From: an uncultured delta proteobacterium
GTDB taxonomy: Bacteria; Myxococcota_A; Polyangia; Haliangiales; Haliangiaceae
Length of the DNA: 64,000 bases
Assembly: GCA_963848295.1 (NCBI GenBank)
Contig: CAWKDB010000002.1
Location: 928,001 to 992,000 of the forward strand
Reading direction: 5' to 3'
A model generated the notes under the pieces. It was not told where the DNA came from, ran no database searches, and saw only the letters and a program-made list of their open reading frames with translations. Below are positions 62,117 through 64,000 of this stretch, piece after piece; the first letter of the stretch is position 1; each line of letters begins with the position of its first letter. The translations under genes and the position numbers were made by a program.

Positions 62117-62938
62117 TCACTCGATCACGATCTGATCCGCCGCGAGCCGAAAGATCAGGAACGCCTTGAACGAGTTCACGCCGGTCGCGCGGAACGGATC
62201 CGTGATCGTCGCGACCTCGGGGTCGTACCACATCCACCTCGCATCGCTGCGCACGCCATCGCTCGTCGTCGTCTGCTGGCACACGAGCTGGAAGTCGCCG
62301 CCCGGGTCGCTGTTGTCCTCACCGACGGCGAGCTTGCCGAGCGCGCCCGGCGTCGTGGCGCCTGCGCTGTTGACCCACCCCATCGACGTCGTCGTCGGGT
62401 CGCCGGTGGCGGCGTCGCAGATCGCGATCTGCGCGTTCAGCGTCGCCTGATCGGGACCGGTGTCTTCGTTCGGGCCGGTCGAATAGTCGATGCCGGTCGC
62501 GCACACCTCGAACTTCGCGTCGCCGGTCAACACGGTGCCCGAGTCGCGCGTGAACTGGCCGATCACGCCTTGCGTGACCTCGAGGTCATCCCACGACGCG
62601 ATGTAGAGATACGCCCCCGTCGGCGCGGCGGCGGCCGGGATGTCGTAGGCCTCGGGCCCGACGCCGACCGGGCAGTTGAAGATATCGCCGGCGGTGTGAG
62701 CGCGCGTGCCCTGGGTGAAGCTCGTCACGCCGTTGATATCGCCGTAGCCGAAGCTGTACGCGTTATCGGCGGTGATCACGACGTGGACCGGGCCGCTCGC
62801 GGCCGGCGCGTCGACCGTGACCTGGCTGCCGGTATCGAGCTGCGCCGCCACGTCGATGCCGGCACCCGCGTCTACGTGATCGCGCGCCGACGGGCCACAC
62901 GCCGCGAATATCGCGACGACGAACAGACGATTCCCCAT
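62117..62938 (-). CDS. Hypothetical lipoprotein
   Basis: FAAC lipobox; ITADN motif reminiscent of beta-sandwich/lectin-like domains. Confidence 0.6.
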   Translation of the reverse strand: MGNRLFVVAIFAACGPSARDHVDAGAGIDVAAQLDTGSQVTVDAPAASGPVHVVITADNAYSFGYGDINGVTSFTQGTRAHTAGDIFNCPVGVGPEAYDIPAAAAPTGAYLYIASWDDLEVTQGVIGQFTRDSGTVLTGDAKFEVCATGIDYSTGPNEDTGPDQATLNAQIAICDAATGDPTTTSMGWVNSAGATTPGALGKLAVGEDNSDPGGDFQLVCQQTTTSDGVRSDARWMWYDPEVATITDPFRATGVNSFKAFLIFRLAADQIVIE

Positions 62939-63021
62939 GATGAGGGCGTAACACCCGCGGCCGCGCGCCTGACCAAATACGATCGGACACGCGACGCCCC
63001 CGGCTGGCGTAGACTGACGGC

Positions 63022-64000
63022 GTGGACGTTCAAGCGGTCTCCACGCTCCTCGCTGCCCTGCTGATCCTCGCGATCGGCACGTCGGTGTTGCTGCGCTCGC
63101 GCAAGGACCGGATGTACACCGCGTTCGCCGCGTTCACGTTCACCGTCTCGGCGTGGCACCTGTGCTCGTTCATCGACGCCGCGACCGACCGCCCGATCAT
63201 GCGGTGGCTCTCGCTGTGGGCCGCCGCGACGATCCCTCCGACCGCGATCCGGTTCTTCCGGATCTTCCTGGCCCAGCCTTCGATCGGCGGGCCGAAGCGC
63301 GGGCCGCGCGTCACCCTCGCGTGGACGCTGCTCGCCTACGCGGCGCTGATCTACTCGGCGATCACGCAGCAGCGGATCCACGAGTCGATCTACTTCGAGG
63401 TGCCGTTCGGCATCTACGTGTTCGGCGGGCTGTACCGCTGCGTCTGGGATCTCTACAAGCAATACCGGGCGACCGCGAAGCAGAGCGAGCGCACCCGCGT
63501 CGGCTACCTCGCGCTCGGCGGGTTCATCGCGACGACGTTGACCGCGACCGACGTGCTGCCGCGGTTCGGGGTCGCGTGGCCGGCGATCGGCAACGTGTTC
63601 GGCATCCTCTACCTGTACTTCTTGTCGCAGACGCTGTTTCGCAACCGCCTGCTCGATCTCAACGAGCTCGTCGGCAAGATGGCGGTGCTCGGTACGCTCG
63701 TCGCGCTGCTATCGGCGGTCTATGCGTTCTTGCAGTATTGGATCCCGGGCGGCCAACAGGGCCTGTACTTGCTCAACGCGCTCGTCGCCGCGTTCGTGAT
63801 CCTGATCCTGTTCGAGCCCGTCCGCAGCTGGCTCGAGAACAGCATCAACCGCTGGCTCAATCGCCAGCGCGCCGAGCTGCGCGGCCGGATCGAGGCGGTG
63901 CGGCGCGAGCTGCCCGGCGTCGTCGACGTCCAGGACATGGTCCAGCGGATCACGACCGCGCTCGAGGAGAGTCGGCGCGTCACCGATGCCGGCGTGTACT
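63022..64000 (+). CDS. Multi-TM N-terminal region of a probable sensor histidine kinase (partial)
   Basis: Open frame from GTG ([19 protein letters not shown]...) to the window end; many TMs, [13 protein letters not shown]; kinase domain not visible in the window. Confidence 0.65.
   Translation, partial: MDVQAVSTLLAALLILAIGTSVLLRSRKDRMYTAFAAFTFTVSAWHLCSFIDAATDRPIMRWLSLWAAATIPPTAIRFFRIFLAQPSIGGPKRGPRVTLAWTLLAYAALIYSAITQQRIHESIYFEVPFGIYVFGGLYRCVWDLYKQYRATAKQSERTRVGYLALGGFIATTLTATDVLPRFGVAWPAIGNVFGILYLYFLSQTLFRNRLLDLNELVGKMAVLGTLVALLSAVYAFLQYWIPGGQQGLYLLNALVAAFVILILFEPVRSWLENSINRWLNRQRAELRGRIEAVRRELPGVVDVQDMVQRITTALEESRRVTDAGVY

Overview
GC-rich bacterial chromosome segment, most consistent with Myxococcota of the Haliangium/Kofleriaceae type: the BMC shell proteins and gene order match my recollection of the Haliangium ochraceum locus, and it has a myxobacterial-style T2SS and Ser/Thr kinases. 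Left to right: (1) the promoter-proximal part of an extracellular contractile injection system (eCIS) operon on the minus strand (DUF4255, short sheath, tandem double-domain tube, tail assembly chaperone + DUF6760, second sheath running off the window); (2) housekeeping and signalling genes (ferredoxin, PilZ-like, SprT-like, aspS, Kir channel, two S1C proteases with a LuxR regulator, ATL, moaD/moaE, Ser/Thr kinase); (3) a gspC-N type II secretion operon headed by a histidine kinase and sigma-54 regulator; (4) an H. ochraceum-type microcompartment locus; (5) tolC-like, pgeF, pseudokinase, rel, gmk, yicC, a solute-binding protein/kinase/sigma-54 regulator trio, rluD, a MinD-J-HTH fusion, selA and a partial sensor kinase. 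Ten single-base frameshifts in otherwise intact genes look like long-read errors. The most interesting non-coding signals lie in the eCIS operon: a perfect 16-bp inverted repeat bracketing the sheath gene, a structured 250-nt intercistronic region, AGACAA repeats at the tube start, an internal terminator and a candidate SD-stimulated -1 frameshift in the chaperone. Two dispersed structured repeat families are also present, and one copy appears to be translated as the GspI leader peptide. All family assignments come from motif recognition, not database searches.
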